Shown in pieces: positions 18,604-19,009 of a stretch of DNA of 19,009 nt. A program made the position numbers and the translations under genes. This DNA is from an uncultured Pseudomonadota bacterium (GTDB taxonomy: Bacteria; Myxococcota_A; Polyangia; Fen-1088): positions 1 through 19,009 of the forward strand of contig CAWKBC010000039.1 in NCBI GenBank assembly GCA_963847705.1. The letters are read 5' to 3'. The notes under the pieces were generated by a model. That model was not told the DNA's origin. It did no database searches and saw nothing but the letters and a program-made list of their open reading frames with translations. How positions within the stretch are numbered: position 1 is the first letter of the stretch; each line of letters starts with the position of its first letter.

Positions 18604-18912
18604 ATGGCGAAGGTTCTGACGAAGTCCCAGATCATCCAGACGATCGCTGATGCTCACAAGGACAAGCTGGCGCGCAAGGATGTCGCCCGCCTCCTCGAGT
18701 CGCTCACCACGGTCGGACACAAGGAGCTCAAGAAGAACGGGATCTTCGTCCTGCCAGGGTTCGCCAAGTTCGTCGTCGTGAAGAAGCCGGCCACCAAGGA
18801 GCGCCAGGGGATCAATCCCTTCACCAAGGAGCCGATCACGATCAAGGCCAAGCCGGCCCGCAAGGTGCTGAAGGCCCGCCCGGTCAAGGCCGCGAAAGAC
18901 TCGCTCGCCTAA
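18604..18912 (+). CDS. HU/IHF-family histone-like DNA-binding protein
   Basis: LTKSQII, LPGFAKF, RQGINPFTKEPITIKAKPA; strong SD AAGGAG upstream. Confidence 0.95.
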   Translation: MAKVLTKSQIIQTIADAHKDKLARKDVARLLESLTTVGHKELKKNGIFVLPGFAKFVVVKKPATKERQGINPFTKEPITIKAKPARKVLKARPVKAAKDSLA

Positions 18913-19009
18913 CGCTCGCTGCGCTCGCGGCGCGAGGGGGACTACGTCCCCCTCACGGGCTCCCGACGCTCGCTGCGCTCGCTGCGTGAGGGGGACGGGT
19001 CCCCCTCAC
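18912..19009. repeat. Two tandem REP/MITE-like palindromic units (54-bp period)
   Basis: ACGCTCGCTGCGCTCGC-x-GCG-y-GAGGGGGAC-loop-GTCCCCCTCAC at 18912-18956 and 18966-19009. Confidence 0.88.

Overview
High-GC, gene-dense chromosomal segment. The gene content (Gly-linker vWA lipoproteins, TPR+lipoprotein pair, stand-alone spdEFG1-type EF-G, HAD-IB+DUF2088 pair) suggests Myxococcota/Polyangia; this is inferred, not checked. About 14 real genes: an HTH protein, a NarK nitrate/nitrite transporter, a propeller-repeat lipoprotein with a TPR partner, a LarA/DUF2088-family protein with a HAD-IB hydrolase, a ClC channel, two vWA lipoproteins, a membrane-fused spermidine-synthase-like methyltransferase, fusA with a +1 frameshift, an FKBP, an orphan Dam and an HU-family protein. 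No rRNA, tRNA, CRISPR or intact mobile element was seen. The most unusual signals are intergenic: (i) a 30-bp hairpin array that repeats the HAD gene's last codons and forms an unbroken ATGA-coupled mini-ORF relay into the next gene; (ii) helically phased CGATGA repeats before a MerR/Xis-type HTH gene; (iii) a probable collapsed Phd/AbrB-Doc toxin-antitoxin relic absent from the ORF track; (iv) an identical 12-mer before two SD-less GTG starts; (v) REP-like palindromes at the window end. All family calls come from reading motifs by eye, with no database search.
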